A stretch of 64,000 nucleotides of DNA from positions 18,910,001 to 18,974,000 of the forward strand of contig NC_045138.2 in assembly GCF_008831285.2 (NCBI RefSeq), in the 5' to 3' direction. This stretch comes from Nymphaea colorata (lineage: Eukaryota). Below the pieces are notes generated by a model. It was not told the DNA's origin and did not search any database. It saw nothing but the letters and a program-made list of their open reading frames with translations. Within the stretch, counting starts at the first letter, position 1. Every line of letters starts with the position of its first letter. Made by a program: the position numbers and the translations under genes. Below are positions 50,631 to 61,356 of this stretch, in pieces.

Positions 50631-51248
50631 ATGGACGTGGAGGGAGAAGGGGCTGGAGGCGGAGAACCAATCTCGATTTCTCTTCGCCCTCTGCAACTCA
50701 CGGACGTGGACGACGTCCTGCAGTGGACGACAGACCCACAAGCCTCGGAGTTCTGCTTGTGGGATACCCACACCTGCCGGGAGGACGCTGTGGCCTTCAT
50801 CCGTGATTTCGCCATCCCCCACCCCTGGTGCCGTGCCATCTGCGCCAACGGCCGGCCGATCGGGAGCATCTCGGTCTCGATCGCCGCCGGGGGCGCCGAA
50901 CGGTGCCGGGGCGAGATAGGGTACGTGCTCTCCCCTGGGTACTGGGGTAAGGGCATCACGACGTCGGTCGTCAGGTCAGTGGCGCCGGCCGCGTTCCGGG
51001 AGCTCCCGGGTTTGGAGCGGATCCAGGGTCTGGTGGCTTCCGAGAACATCGCGTCGCAGAGGGTTTTGGAGAAATGTGGATTTCAGAAGGAGGGGTTGCT
51101 GAGAAAATACATGTTCTTGAAGGGCAGAGTCAGAGATATCGTCGTGTTCAGCATCCTGAGGGAGGATGTCTTGGCCGGAGAACTTAATACGGATAGGGGA
51201 ATCGTCCAGACCCGCTTCATAGTTGGGGACGTGCCATGTTTCAAATAA
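50631..51248 (+). CDS. RimJ/RimL-type GNAT, copy 5, subtype B, 205 aa with a C-terminal extension
   Basis: ISLRPL, EIGYVLSPGYWGKGIT and ENIASQRVLEKCGFQKEGLLRKY motifs. TATAAA at 50575. Confidence 0.93.
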   Translation: MDVEGEGAGGGEPISISLRPLQLTDVDDVLQWTTDPQASEFCLWDTHTCREDAVAFIRDFAIPHPWCRAICANGRPIGSISVSIAAGGAERCRGEIGYVLSPGYWGKGITTSVVRSVAPAAFRELPGLERIQGLVASENIASQRVLEKCGFQKEGLLRKYMFLKGRVRDIVVFSILREDVLAGELNTDRGIVQTRFIVGDVPCFK

Positions 51249-52096
51249 TTACTATTAATTACACTACTTTTTACAACGTCGTCTTTCGTTTGTGATTGGG
51301 TGATTGTGTGGATCTGTCTCCTTATTTTTTTTCCATCTTTTTTTATTTTGTTTTACTATACATTGTAATTATATATTTTGTTTTTTGCTTATGTTTTGCA
51401 GTTATTATTTAAGAAACTTTTTGTTCTCAAATTTTGGAGTTAATTCTCATTTTATCATCTCACTTTCTTTCTCTCTCTCTTCTCACTTTCTTTCTCTCTC
51501 TCTCTTACTTAAGGGGCAGTCACTGAATCACAAATTTTTTATTGAATGAAACTAATACATAGTAACCAAGTCTTTGGATCTTGGAAAACCTTATACACCA
51601 ATATGTAAATGAAAAAAATATCTGCTGCGAGACTTGTCGTCCTTACTGCTAAACGGGTTTGAATTCGAATCAAAGATAAGATAGATCCAAATCCATCGGC
51701 ATCCCTAACTCGTAAAACATACTTACGATGCTATCCCAAGCTAAAAGCAAGTTTACAATGCAAATGAAATAAAACGCACCATGAAATAGGAAATTTTAGA
51801 ACTTCTAGGCGCGGCAATGTTATTTTGCTGAAAGTTACGTGTCATCTCTGACTTTGAGGCCACGGAATCCAACAGGACGCTTCTGCGCCTCGGCGTGCCA
51901 TCGCATCTGGTTGCTTTCGACGCAAGGAAAGCCGCCAACGGTCAAAAAAACCCATACTGGTCCACGGTCTCCGTCCCTCCCTCTCTCCCTCACTCAATAT
52001 ATAATTCTGATCCTCTCGTTTTCTCTGTAAATCAGACCCAGGTCTCTGCGAATCATCATCACCATCACTCTCCCATCTCCCTGTCGACAGTAAGAG

Positions 52097-52633
52097 ATGG
52101 AAGCCGAAGACGGTGAAGAAGGGTTCACGATTTCTCTCCGTCCGTTGGAACTGACGGACGCCGACGACGTGATGGGGTGGGCAACCGACGCCAGAGTGGC
52201 GCGGTTCTGCCGGTGGGAGCCCTACGCCTCCCGGGACGACGCCGTGGCCTTCATCCGCGACTTCGCCATTCCCCACTCGTGGTGCCAAGCCATCTGCGTC
52301 GCCGGCCGTCCGGTGGGCTCCATCTCCGTGGAGGTCGGCGAGGGCAGCAGCGCCTGCCGCGGGGAGATCGGGTACGTGCTGGCCCACCAGTACTGGGGCA
52401 AGGGCATCGCCACTGCGGCGGTGAGGATGGCGGTCCAACAGGGCTTCGCCGCTTTCCCGGCTCTGCGTCGGATCGAGGGGCTGGTCGATTCCGAGAACTT
52501 CGGGTCCCAGAGGGTCTTAGAGAAGTGCGGATTCATCAGGGAGGGGGTTTTGAGAAAATATATGCTTTTGAAGGGCCAGGTCAGGGATATGGTCATTTTC
52601 AGTATCCTCTTGGAGGATATCATGCATGAATAA
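52097..52633 (+). CDS. RimJ/RimL-type GNAT, copy 6, subtype B, 178 aa
   Basis: ISLRPL, EIGYVLAHQYWGKGIAT and ENFGSQRVLEKCGFIREGVLRKY motifs. TATATAA at 51998. Confidence 0.93.
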   Translation: MEAEDGEEGFTISLRPLELTDADDVMGWATDARVARFCRWEPYASRDDAVAFIRDFAIPHSWCQAICVAGRPVGSISVEVGEGSSACRGEIGYVLAHQYWGKGIATAAVRMAVQQGFAAFPALRRIEGLVDSENFGSQRVLEKCGFIREGVLRKYMLLKGQVRDMVIFSILLEDIMHE

Positions 52634-54316
52634 ACCGAACAGATCGGGTATGATCAGTGCCGAGACCCGATTCAAACTCGCAGTGGTCATGGTCAACACT
52701 TGTGAAGTTCGATTAGGAACTGGATCCGACTTTGATCTTAATAAAAGCTCCGACCTTAGTTAAAAATGATTGTTTCTGCAGATTTCTCTCATGGGTATAC
52801 TGCCAAATCCAGATTGTTTGGATCTTCTCGGTTCAGGTAATATATGTCAGTTACTTTGGAACTCAAAGTGAGTTCACGATGGCAACAATGTAATGTAAGA
52901 AAGTGGTTAAGAAATGAAACTTTTTCAAGTCTTTGTGCTTTGCGTTCAACATGAGTATTATATCCATTGGACCCAGATGAATTTTAACATCATGTTTGTG
53001 GTTTTCATTTTCATTTAAAGAAGAAAATATATGAATCAACTGATACAAGCTCAAACGAATCGAGCTCGAGCTTGGGCTCTGTCTATCTAATTGAGCTCGA
53101 TCATAGCAATATGCGACTCAAGCCGAGTTCAAGTTTCGCTCGCTCATTGTACATTCCTACTAACAAGACAGATTTGATCTAATGGTCTATCAAGATTGAA
53201 GTTGTTAAGAAGAGCAACACAACCCCTTACAAAGAAGGGAAAATGCCACAAAGATAGTTCAATCCTTGGCATGCCGGATCTACTTACCCGGTTCATGTTT
53301 ATATGTGCGCCGAGCCCAGCTTAAATTTAAAACTTCAACAAATTAGTTTTGGGTTTCAAAGTCATGGATTTAAAAACTTAAATGCGTCTCAAATCCATGG
53401 ATCATTTCCCGCCAGCTTGAGATCCATAAACTTTGGAAAAGCCAGTCCAGTCCGTCCATATTGAAAGGTGCTTCAGGCCCGGCTGAAAGAAACGTCTCTT
53501 ACAGTTTGCCATTAGATTGAGGCACCGCTGTACGTCTGCGGCTACGTGACTGTGTCGCCTCGTCTTTCTTCTCCCTTCTTGCCTGCTCTTGTTTTTGCGG
53601 TTTGTTTTTGTATCTAGGAGACCTCTTGTCCCCAAGAAACAAGAAAACAAATAGATGCGCATTAGAAAGCTTTTATATCATAGGCGTAATAAATATACAA
53701 AGGGAAATGCAGGGGATGCATGAGTTTGTTAAGAAACAGAGACAGTAGAGACAGTCAAACAGAAGAAGCAACTGATAAAAAAAAAATCAAATCCATAATA
53801 AGTGTTTATTTTTCTCCAGAGATGTTGACGGCTCAAATTCAAGTCCCATCAAGCTTTTTACTGGATTCAATTTAATCAGACTTCATATAGTTGGGTTTAG
53901 ACTTCATTAATCCATAATTGAATCAGTTTTCAAAATCAGATATGATCTGATTAAACTAGCATAACATCCGGCATTCATTCAAATGACTATTTGATTTCAG
54001 TTAGATGTCAGAGTCGGATTCAAATTTAATAATAAACAATCTGATTAACAATCAGATCTGAAGTTTTTTACCAAATTCCGCTAAACAGATTAATTATATC
54101 GAATCCATTTGCATCCCCATTTTTATCACCAATCCACTTATATGTTTGTTTTCGATGTTGTTGTATTAAGCCATGTTTAATTGTAATGAGAAACTTTTGG
54201 TTAGACAAACATGAAGCGTGTTAAGGATCAAACTTCGTATTGGCAAAGCCGTTGGTGGAATCCTTTACTGTTCTTCTACCATAGACGATTATAAGACCGC
54301 TATCTTAGCGCCTTAA

Positions 54317-54520
54317 GGGGCATAGCGTAGCTGGTCGAGGTAAGGGCCTGTATTAAGGCAGGTCTCTAGTTTGATTCCCGTGAGCGTTATGTTCCTGTGT
54401 CTTAAGGCGGTAGAGCACAACACCCACGCTAAATGGTGTACCGTTGCTATCGCTGACACCGACGCAGCTCAAAACCCCAGAAGCAAGGGCCTTCGAGCCT
54501 GAAAGTGAGTTTCATATCCC
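54317..54520 (+). mobile_element. tRNA-derived SINE-like element; 3' boundary uncertain
   Basis: A-box-like TAGCGTAGCTGG (54323), stem GGCCTG/CAGGTC and B-box-like GTTTGATTCC (54369) at tRNA-like spacing. No acceptor stem, and no clear tail or TSD. Confidence 0.6.
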
Positions 54521-54595
54521 TTGCTCACCCAAGACCCGTATCTTGGCACGTGAACCACACCTCTCTTCCTCTCTTTCTCCTGATCCTCCAAGAGA

Positions 54596-55114
54596 ATGGC
54601 AGGAGAGGAAGGCACGGGAGAACTTTCCATCTCCTTCCGGCCTTTGGAAGTGGAGGACGCCGACGACGTCATGGCGTGGAAGGGGGACCCTCGAGTGGCG
54701 CAGTTCTGCCGGTGGGATACTTACACCTGCCGCGACGAGGCGGTGGCATTCATCCAGAACTTCGCCGTCCACCACGAGTGGTGCCGCGCCATCTGCGTCG
54801 CCGGCCGGCCGGTCGGCTGCATCTCCGTCACGATCGGCAAGGATGAAGCCCGGTGCCGTGGGCTGCTGAAGTACGAGCTCGCCCACCGCTGCTGGGGAAA
54901 GGGCGTGGCCACCTCCGCCGTGAGGCTAGCTGTCCCGGCCGTCTTCAGGGAGTTTCTACGTCTGGAACGGATCGAGGCGATGGTCATCCCTGAAAATAAA
55001 GGCTCCATGAGGGTTTTGGAGAAATGCGGATTCCTTAGAGAGGTGATCCTCAGAAAATACGAGGTTGGGGAAGGCAGGCTTTGGGATGTGGCCCTCTTTA
55101 GGTATTCTTTCTGA
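54596..55114 (+). CDS. RimJ/RimL-type GNAT, copy 7, subtype C, 172 aa; 1-nt insertion changes the last codons
   Basis: Very similar to the 57541 copy. TTTAGGTATTCT versus TTTAGTATTCT gives FRYSF* instead of FSILSEEI*. Confidence 0.88.
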   Translation: MAGEEGTGELSISFRPLEVEDADDVMAWKGDPRVAQFCRWDTYTCRDEAVAFIQNFAVHHEWCRAICVAGRPVGCISVTIGKDEARCRGLLKYELAHRCWGKGVATSAVRLAVPAVFREFLRLERIEAMVIPENKGSMRVLEKCGFLREVILRKYEVGEGRLWDVALFRYSF

Positions 55115-55749
55115 AGAAATATGACCAACGTTGCATAAAACTTTTGTATATGATCTTGGATCAAGGACCATTATAAGTATCGACGGATAATAACATATAT
55201 TGAAGTTTTGAAGAATTGAAGGTAAGGAATATATAGCCATGCCGTGAAGGAGAAATGGCCATGTTAATGCAAAAAAATTAATGTTTCATGTGCTCATAGA
55301 GATGCATTGTAAAGCCAAGAGGTGATTAATTCGGAACTCCAAGCGGTTAATATAAACTTGATTCCAGCTCGACTTGTTGATAAGCCAAACCTGATTTAGA
55401 GCCCAAATGCAAGCTTGAATTGCTAAATGAATCAAGTTTGAGTTGCAACAACTTGACTGGTTTAAGCTTGTCTCGACTCAGCCATATAATGGATTGGCAT
55501 GTACAGCTGAGTCGAGCACGATCTGGACTTACACTTTATAAATGGGTCCATTAAAAGTCGAGTAAGCTCGTTTTTGTACGTCTTTTCTTTTGAAACCCTA
55601 ATCTCTCTCTCTCTCTCTCTCTCTCTCTGAGATATATATAGAGAGAGAGAAGAAAATAATATTAACATATAAGTCTAACAACAATTTGAACCTAAAAAAG
55701 AGATTACATCTAAAAATCAGCTCTTAATTCTTATAATAAGTTGGAGGTA

Positions 55750-56536
55750 CTACCATTTCCCCATAGGTTATGGGAAAGTAACCAGACATCATACAAAATG
55801 GAGGATGTCTCTTGGAGTTCCAAATGACCCACTAATAAGTAAACAACAAAATCCTCCAAATGGTACGCCATTTTTTTTTGTTTCTCACTCTAATTGGTTC
55901 ATGGATCAGGTCCCAAATTGTAGTTATGTTTGTGACTTCAATATGAGGTATAGACTAGATAAGTGCATAAAGACCTTGAGACACTCGACAAAACCACACC
56001 AAGTGAGTGATAGTTTCCTTGGCACAACAACATGAAGGACACCTGATCGCAAGGTGAAAACCAGATCTTTTGAGGTTATTTTGAGTTTGAATGTGGTCCA
56101 ACATAATAAGCCATGCAAGAGTTTTGGATCGTTGAGTAGGACTCCCAACCCAAAGGAGATTATGAGGAAACCAATCGACACCAGGAGGTTACTATATGCA
56201 CGATGTACAGAGAAATGTCCTTCGTTATCTCGTGCACACGAAGAAAATGCTTTATGAATCCGCCTTCGAATTGCACTTAATGAATGTAAATATCCATGAT
56301 CTCATCAAATGAGATGACCTTCATCTATTCGGGAGAGAAGATAAACTATGCAAATTGTATTTGTGTCGCAAGGCCATCACAAAAATTGAATTGGAGTCTT
56401 GAATAAATGCTCACCACTTTAGAATGAAAGAAATATTTCTTTTCCTAATATCCGGGATTCCTAAACCTTCATGGGCATAAGGTTGAGTAACATATTCCCA
56501 AGCCACACATATTTTTTCTTCTCCAAGTTTGCCCAA
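55750..56536 (-). mobile_element. Degenerate L1-type LINE 3' fragment (post-RT region and zf-RVT)
   Basis: VAWEYVTQPYAHEGLGIPDIRKRNISFILKW matches the plant L1 VAW..P...GLG...N....KW motif. An out-of-frame C..KETITHLVWFC resembles zf-RVT. Confidence 0.75.
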
Positions 56537-57540
56537 AGAGAGAGAGAGAGAGAGAGATGTCTTCAAAGCAAGGTACAGCACCGGTAATCGGTGGCAGCTA
56601 TCCAATAATTTATTATTAATTTATTCGTTGGTGTTTTATTAATCGGGAGCATAATCTCCCAGCAGCATGCATGGCATTCCGGTTTGCGCTTCCAGACAAA
56701 CTTGATTTCTTCTTACAAGAATATGGTACCTTATGGCTGTTTTTCTATCACTTATATCACCAAGCTTTTTCGGAATTGAGAAAAAGTAGGATTTAAGATT
56801 GGAGGAGGGAGGGCACCAGTTTAAATTCAGGGTTGCCAAATCTTAGTTATTGATTAAATTAATGGGATGTCAACCACCTAGACTTATTAGGACAACTCCA
56901 TGAAAAGGCTTATGCAACACAATGGCAAAATTTGAGATTGGGCGTTGAGTTTGAGTTTTCAAGTTCAGTCCTTCCACATTTTCCCCATGCAATCTGCTCT
57001 CTACCTTGTTGTGAAGAAATTTTTGAGCCCCACAACTGTTCATGCAATTTCAATAATTAATGATGAGTTTGTGGACAAGTTTACAAAAACACTCAACAAA
57101 AAACATATTCGAAGTTTGAATGTTTTTTAATTTTAATAATTGCCCTTCTCTGGGGATATACATGGTTCAAATTCAAGTTCAATCTAGTTTTTACTGATTT
57201 CAATTTGATTAGACTCTATTTGACCGGTGTCCGCTCCTTACCAATGTACCCTTGAAATTCCATGTTTCTTTTTTTTTTGTTCCTACAAAAGTTTCTTTTT
57301 TTTGTTAATTATGAGTGTTTTTAGATATTATTAAAATGATGCATGAAATTATATACATAGACAATAAAAAATAAACATTCTCCCATTATAAAAAAAAAAA
57401 AAGAGAAAAACTGCCAACATCTAATTTCGTGTTGGTGGTAGCTCTGGGTAGTAGCTGCACAACCCACCAAACCATTGTTCCACCTTTTCCTGCCATTAAA
57501 TATCTCAGCTCTCTTTCTCTCTCTCGTTGTATCCAAGAGA

Positions 57541-58068
57541 ATGGCAGAGGAGGAAGGCACCGGAGGGCTCTCCATCTCCCTCCGCCCCTTCGAAATCGAG
57601 GACGCCGACGATGTCATGGCGTGGAAGGGAGACCCTCGCGTGGCGGCATTCTGCCGGTGGGGCACTTACACCACCCTTGACGAGGCGATTGCCTTCATCC
57701 AGGACTTCGCCATCCCCCACGAGTGGTGTCGCGCCATCTGCGTCGCCGGCCGGCCGGTCGGCTGCATCTCCGTTACGATCGGCAAGGATGAAGCCCGGTG
57801 CCGTGGGCTGCTGAAGTACGAGCTCGCCCACCGCTGCTGGGGGAAGGGCGTGGCCACCTCCGCCGTGAGGCTTGCACTGCCGGCCGTCTTCAGGGAGTTA
57901 CCAGGTCTGGAGCGGATCGAGGCGATGGTCGCCCTTGAAAATAAAGGGTCCATGAGGGTTTTGGAGAAATGTGGATTCCTTAGAGAGGTGATCCTCAGGA
58001 AATATGTGATTGGGAAAGGCAGGCTTTGGGATGTGGCCCTCTTTAGTATTCTCTCTGAAGAAATATGA
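57541..58068 (+). CDS. RimJ/RimL-type GNAT, copy 8, subtype C, 175 aa
   Basis: ISLRPF, LLKYELAHRCWGKG and ENKGSMRVLEKCGFLREVILRKY motifs. ATG at 57541. Confidence 0.92.
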   Translation: MAEEEGTGGLSISLRPFEIEDADDVMAWKGDPRVAAFCRWGTYTTLDEAIAFIQDFAIPHEWCRAICVAGRPVGCISVTIGKDEARCRGLLKYELAHRCWGKGVATSAVRLALPAVFRELPGLERIEAMVALENKGSMRVLEKCGFLREVILRKYVIGKGRLWDVALFSILSEEI

Positions 58069-59216
58069 CCAATGTTACATGAAACTTTTGTATTTGATCT
58101 TGAATCAAAGACCATAATACAAGCGAGTGCCTTTTGGATCTCCATGCTGGAGAAGGGAGTCCCTTTTGGAAGTATCTGCATTAAACTCTACACAATTGGT
58201 TAAATTTTAACACCTTATTCAGATCTAACTTTTTAAGTCAAAGTTGGATCTGACTGGCAGAAAATCTGGCCATTTGAACCTTTACTTGAACTCAGCTAGA
58301 TAGGATCAGAATAATGCCTTATTCAAATTCAACTATGAAGCCAAAAAAACTAGTGAAAGTCCATTTAATGATCATATCTAAGTTCTTTTTTTTTAGCATA
58401 TGACATTAAACATATTCAAGTATCAATTCATGTATAATCCTCTAGCATCCTAAACTATGCTAATTACCAAAGTCCGCAATGCTCCGTGAACATCGTAGAC
58501 AAGGAGACAATAAGGTGGCAATAGCCTCTCTACCAAGAGAGAGAGTTATATATGTCATTTCGTGTATATGACTGAATCCTATTATCAATATGCATATTTA
58601 TTTTTATCTCCAAATATTGCATATGCATGCATGTAACATAACAAATATGTATGAAATAATAAATAAATATGATATAATGTTTATGAGATAACAAAAGCTT
58701 CATGTGATAACGAGATACCAGACAGTCGAGTGTATGAGTGAATGTTAAACAGAAGTATTAGATAATGTTTATAAGATAACAAAAGATTTATAAGATAATG
58801 AGATAACAGGCGGATGCATGAGATAACGCTAAACATAAGTATGACATAACGTTTAAAGTACAAATGTATGAGATATAAAGATAAAAGATAAGTACGAGCT
58901 AATGTTTATAAGACAATAAAATATTTATAAGATATTGGTATGAACAAGGTAGTTTTTTTTTTCTGCTTAAATAAAAATAAGTATATTGGTCATAGAACTT
59001 TTTTTTTGCAGTTTTTTTTTTCTACAAAAAGTTTTTTTATTAATTATAAACATTTTTTTGAAGATCCATTATTTCTTATTTCGTGTGGCTGACGTCTGAA
59101 AAAAAAAACCGGAAGTGTGGCCGGCGTCAAATTTCGTGTTCCACTACCCACCAAACCTTTGTTCACGCCATTAAATTTCTCAGTCTGTCTTTCTCTTGCT
59201 CGCCGTATCCAAGAGG

Positions 59217-59633
59217 ATGGCAGAGGAGGAAGGCACCGGAGATCTCTCATTCTCCCTCCGCCCCTTCAAAATCGAAGACGCCGACGACGTCATGGCGTGG
59301 AAGGGAGACCCTCGCGTGGCGGCATTCTGCCGGTGGGACGCTTACACCACCCGCGACGAGGCGGTTGCCTTCATCCAGGACTTCGCCATCCCTCACGAAT
59401 GGTGTCGCGCCATCTGCGTCGCCGGCCGGCCGGTCGGATGCGTCTCCGTCACGATCGGTAAGGATCATGCCCGGTGCCGTGGGCTGCTCAAGTATGAGCT
59501 CGCCCACGTCTGCGGGGGAAAGGGCGTGGCCACCTCCGCCATGAGGCTGGCTGTTCCGGCCGTCTTTCGGGAATTTCTGGGTCTGGAGGGTGTCGAGGCG
59601 ATGGTCAACACGGAAAATAAGCGATCGATCTGA
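59217..59633 (+). pseudogene. GNAT copy 9, subtype C, interrupted by a copia LTR after codon 138
   Basis: Paralogy ends at ..ENKRSI, and the first three bases of the LTR (TGA, 59631) form the stop. It also has CGGKG in place of CWGKG. Confidence 0.9.
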
Positions 59634-59952
59634 TAAAAAACATAAGGTAGAAGCAACAATAGAAACAGGAACAACAGATTTACGTGGTTCGGCACTCTCG
59701 CCTACGTCCACGGAGGAAGAAGAAGACTGCTATTTTATTTTTCTTTCCATTGTTACAATCCAAGAGAGAAAGAGGGTTTTTATACATGATGAGTGAGACC
59801 ATAACCAAGAAAGCGGTTATCGAATCTTTTTCAAAATATAGAGAAGATTTCTTTCCTTCTCTCTTGATTATCCACAATCACATTGTAACAGCAGAATATA
59901 GTTGATTTGGTGTGTTGGGCAACACCAATCTTCTTCCACAAATCTCGCAACA
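59631..59952 (-). repeat. 3' LTR of the copia element (~322 bp)
   Basis: Starts TG (59631) and ends CA (59952). The polypurine tract GAGGGGGAGAT on the minus strand (59953-59963) overlaps the pol stop codon. Confidence 0.85.
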
Positions 59953-59961
59953 ATCTCCCCC

Positions 59962-61356
59962 TCAAGTTGGAGGACAGATATCTATCTGTCCCAACTTGTT
60001 TACAATGCTTTGATGCTTTTCACGTGCTAGGCTCTTGGTGAAAATATCAGCCAACTGATTTTCACTTTTAACATGACAAGTTTTGATAGTTCCATCTTGA
60101 ATCTTCTCTCTAATGAAGTGACAGTCAATTTCAATGTGTTTGGTTCTTTCGCGAAAGACCGGATTTGCCCCAATATAGATGGCAGCCATATTGTCACATA
60201 TAAGCTTTATAGAGTCTCGCACGTCAATATTCATATCCTTCAGAAGCGCTTTTATCCACACCAGTTCACATGTACATCCAGCCATAGCTCTGTATTCTGC
60301 TTCAGCACTTGATCGAGCAACTACAGTTTGTTTTTTGCTTCTCCAAGTTACAAGCTTTCCTCCAACGAAGGTGCAAAAACCAGAAGTAGATCTTCGGTCG
60401 TTTGGATCCCCTGTCCAATCTGCATCAGTATAACCCACAACATCTAGTGGCAGAGAATGCATAAACAGACTGATGAGACTTACAGCATAAGATATGTCTG
60501 GTCTTGTAACAGTTAAATATATGAGTTTACCGACGAGTTTCTGAAAGCTTTGAATATTCTCGACGACTTCTCCTTCATCTTTCTTTAATTTACAATTGAC
60601 TTCAAGGGGTGTCTCTGCTGGTTTCACACCCAAGCATCCTGTTTCTTTCAATAGATCTAACGTATACTTCCTTTGGCAAAGGAAGACTCCTTTGTTTGAG
60701 TGTGCAACTTCAATTCCTAAAAAGAATCTTAGTATCCCCAAATCTTTGATTTCAAAGAGCTGATTAAGATAGTATTTGACGCGTGGCATAAAATCAATAT
60801 CATCACCTGTCATTATTATATCGTCCACATAGACCAGGAGAATACATATTTTAAAGTTTCTCAAAGACGTAAACATAGTATGATCAGCACTGCTTCTTTT
60901 GAAACCCATTTTTGCAAGCGCATCACTAAGACGAGAGAACCAAGCTCGCGGTGACTGCTTCAAACCATATAGAGCCTTTTTCAATTTACATACGTACTTG
61001 TGCTCATTTTTTATACCTTTTGGAGCCTCCATATAAACTTCTTCATTGAGTTCACCATGAAGAAAAGCATTTTTCACATCAAGTTGATTTAGAGGCCATC
61101 TCTTGTTTGCTGCTACTGAGATTAACATTCGGACAGAACTCATCTTTGCAACAGGAGCAAAGGTTTCAGTATAGTCAATACCTTCAGTTTGAGTGAATCC
61201 TTTGGCGACCAGGCGAGCTTTGTAGCGTTCTACACTTCCATCGCTGTTGTATTTTATTCGATAAACCCACTTGCATCCAACCAGCTTCTTGCCATCAGGT
61301 AGAGGAACTAAATCCCATGTTTGATTTTTTTTCAATGCCGCAAGTTCTTCTTCCAT
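59962..61356 (-). CDS. Copia reverse transcriptase / RNase H segment
   Basis: YKARLVAKG, QLDVKNAFLHG, LYGLKQSPRAW, YVDD, YTDADW and KHIEIDCHF motifs. The segment between FMHS and the DADW motif is deleted. Confidence 0.93.
   Translation of the reverse strand: MEEELAALKKNQTWDLVPLPDGKKLVGCKWVYRIKYNSDGSVERYKARLVAKGFTQTEGIDYTETFAPVAKMSSVRMLISVAANKRWPLNQLDVKNAFLHGELNEEVYMEAPKGIKNEHKYVCKLKKALYGLKQSPRAWFSRLSDALAKMGFKRSSADHTMFTSLRNFKICILLVYVDDIIMTGDDIDFMPRVKYYLNQLFEIKDLGILRFFLGIEVAHSNKGVFLCQRKYTLDLLKETGCLGVKPAETPLEVNCKLKKDEGEVVENIQSFQKLVGKLIYLTVTRPDISYAVSLISLFMHSLPLDVVGYTDADWTGDPNDRRSTSGFCTFVGGKLVTWRSKKQTVVARSSAEAEYRAMAGCTCELVWIKALLKDMNIDVRDSIKLICDNMAAIYIGANPVFRERTKHIEIDCHFIREKIQDGTIKTCHVKSENQLADIFTKSLAREKHQSIVNKLGQIDICPPT

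Noticed and set aside
51842..52629. Overlapping antisense and alternative-frame ORFs over the GNAT genes (also at 45, 50.6, 54.5, 57.5 and 59.2 kb and over CDC73)
   Set aside because: Expected from high-GC coding sequence; no recognisable domains.
54317..54390. Functional tRNA gene
   Set aside because: No acceptor stem and a mismatched B box; better explained as a SINE-like head.
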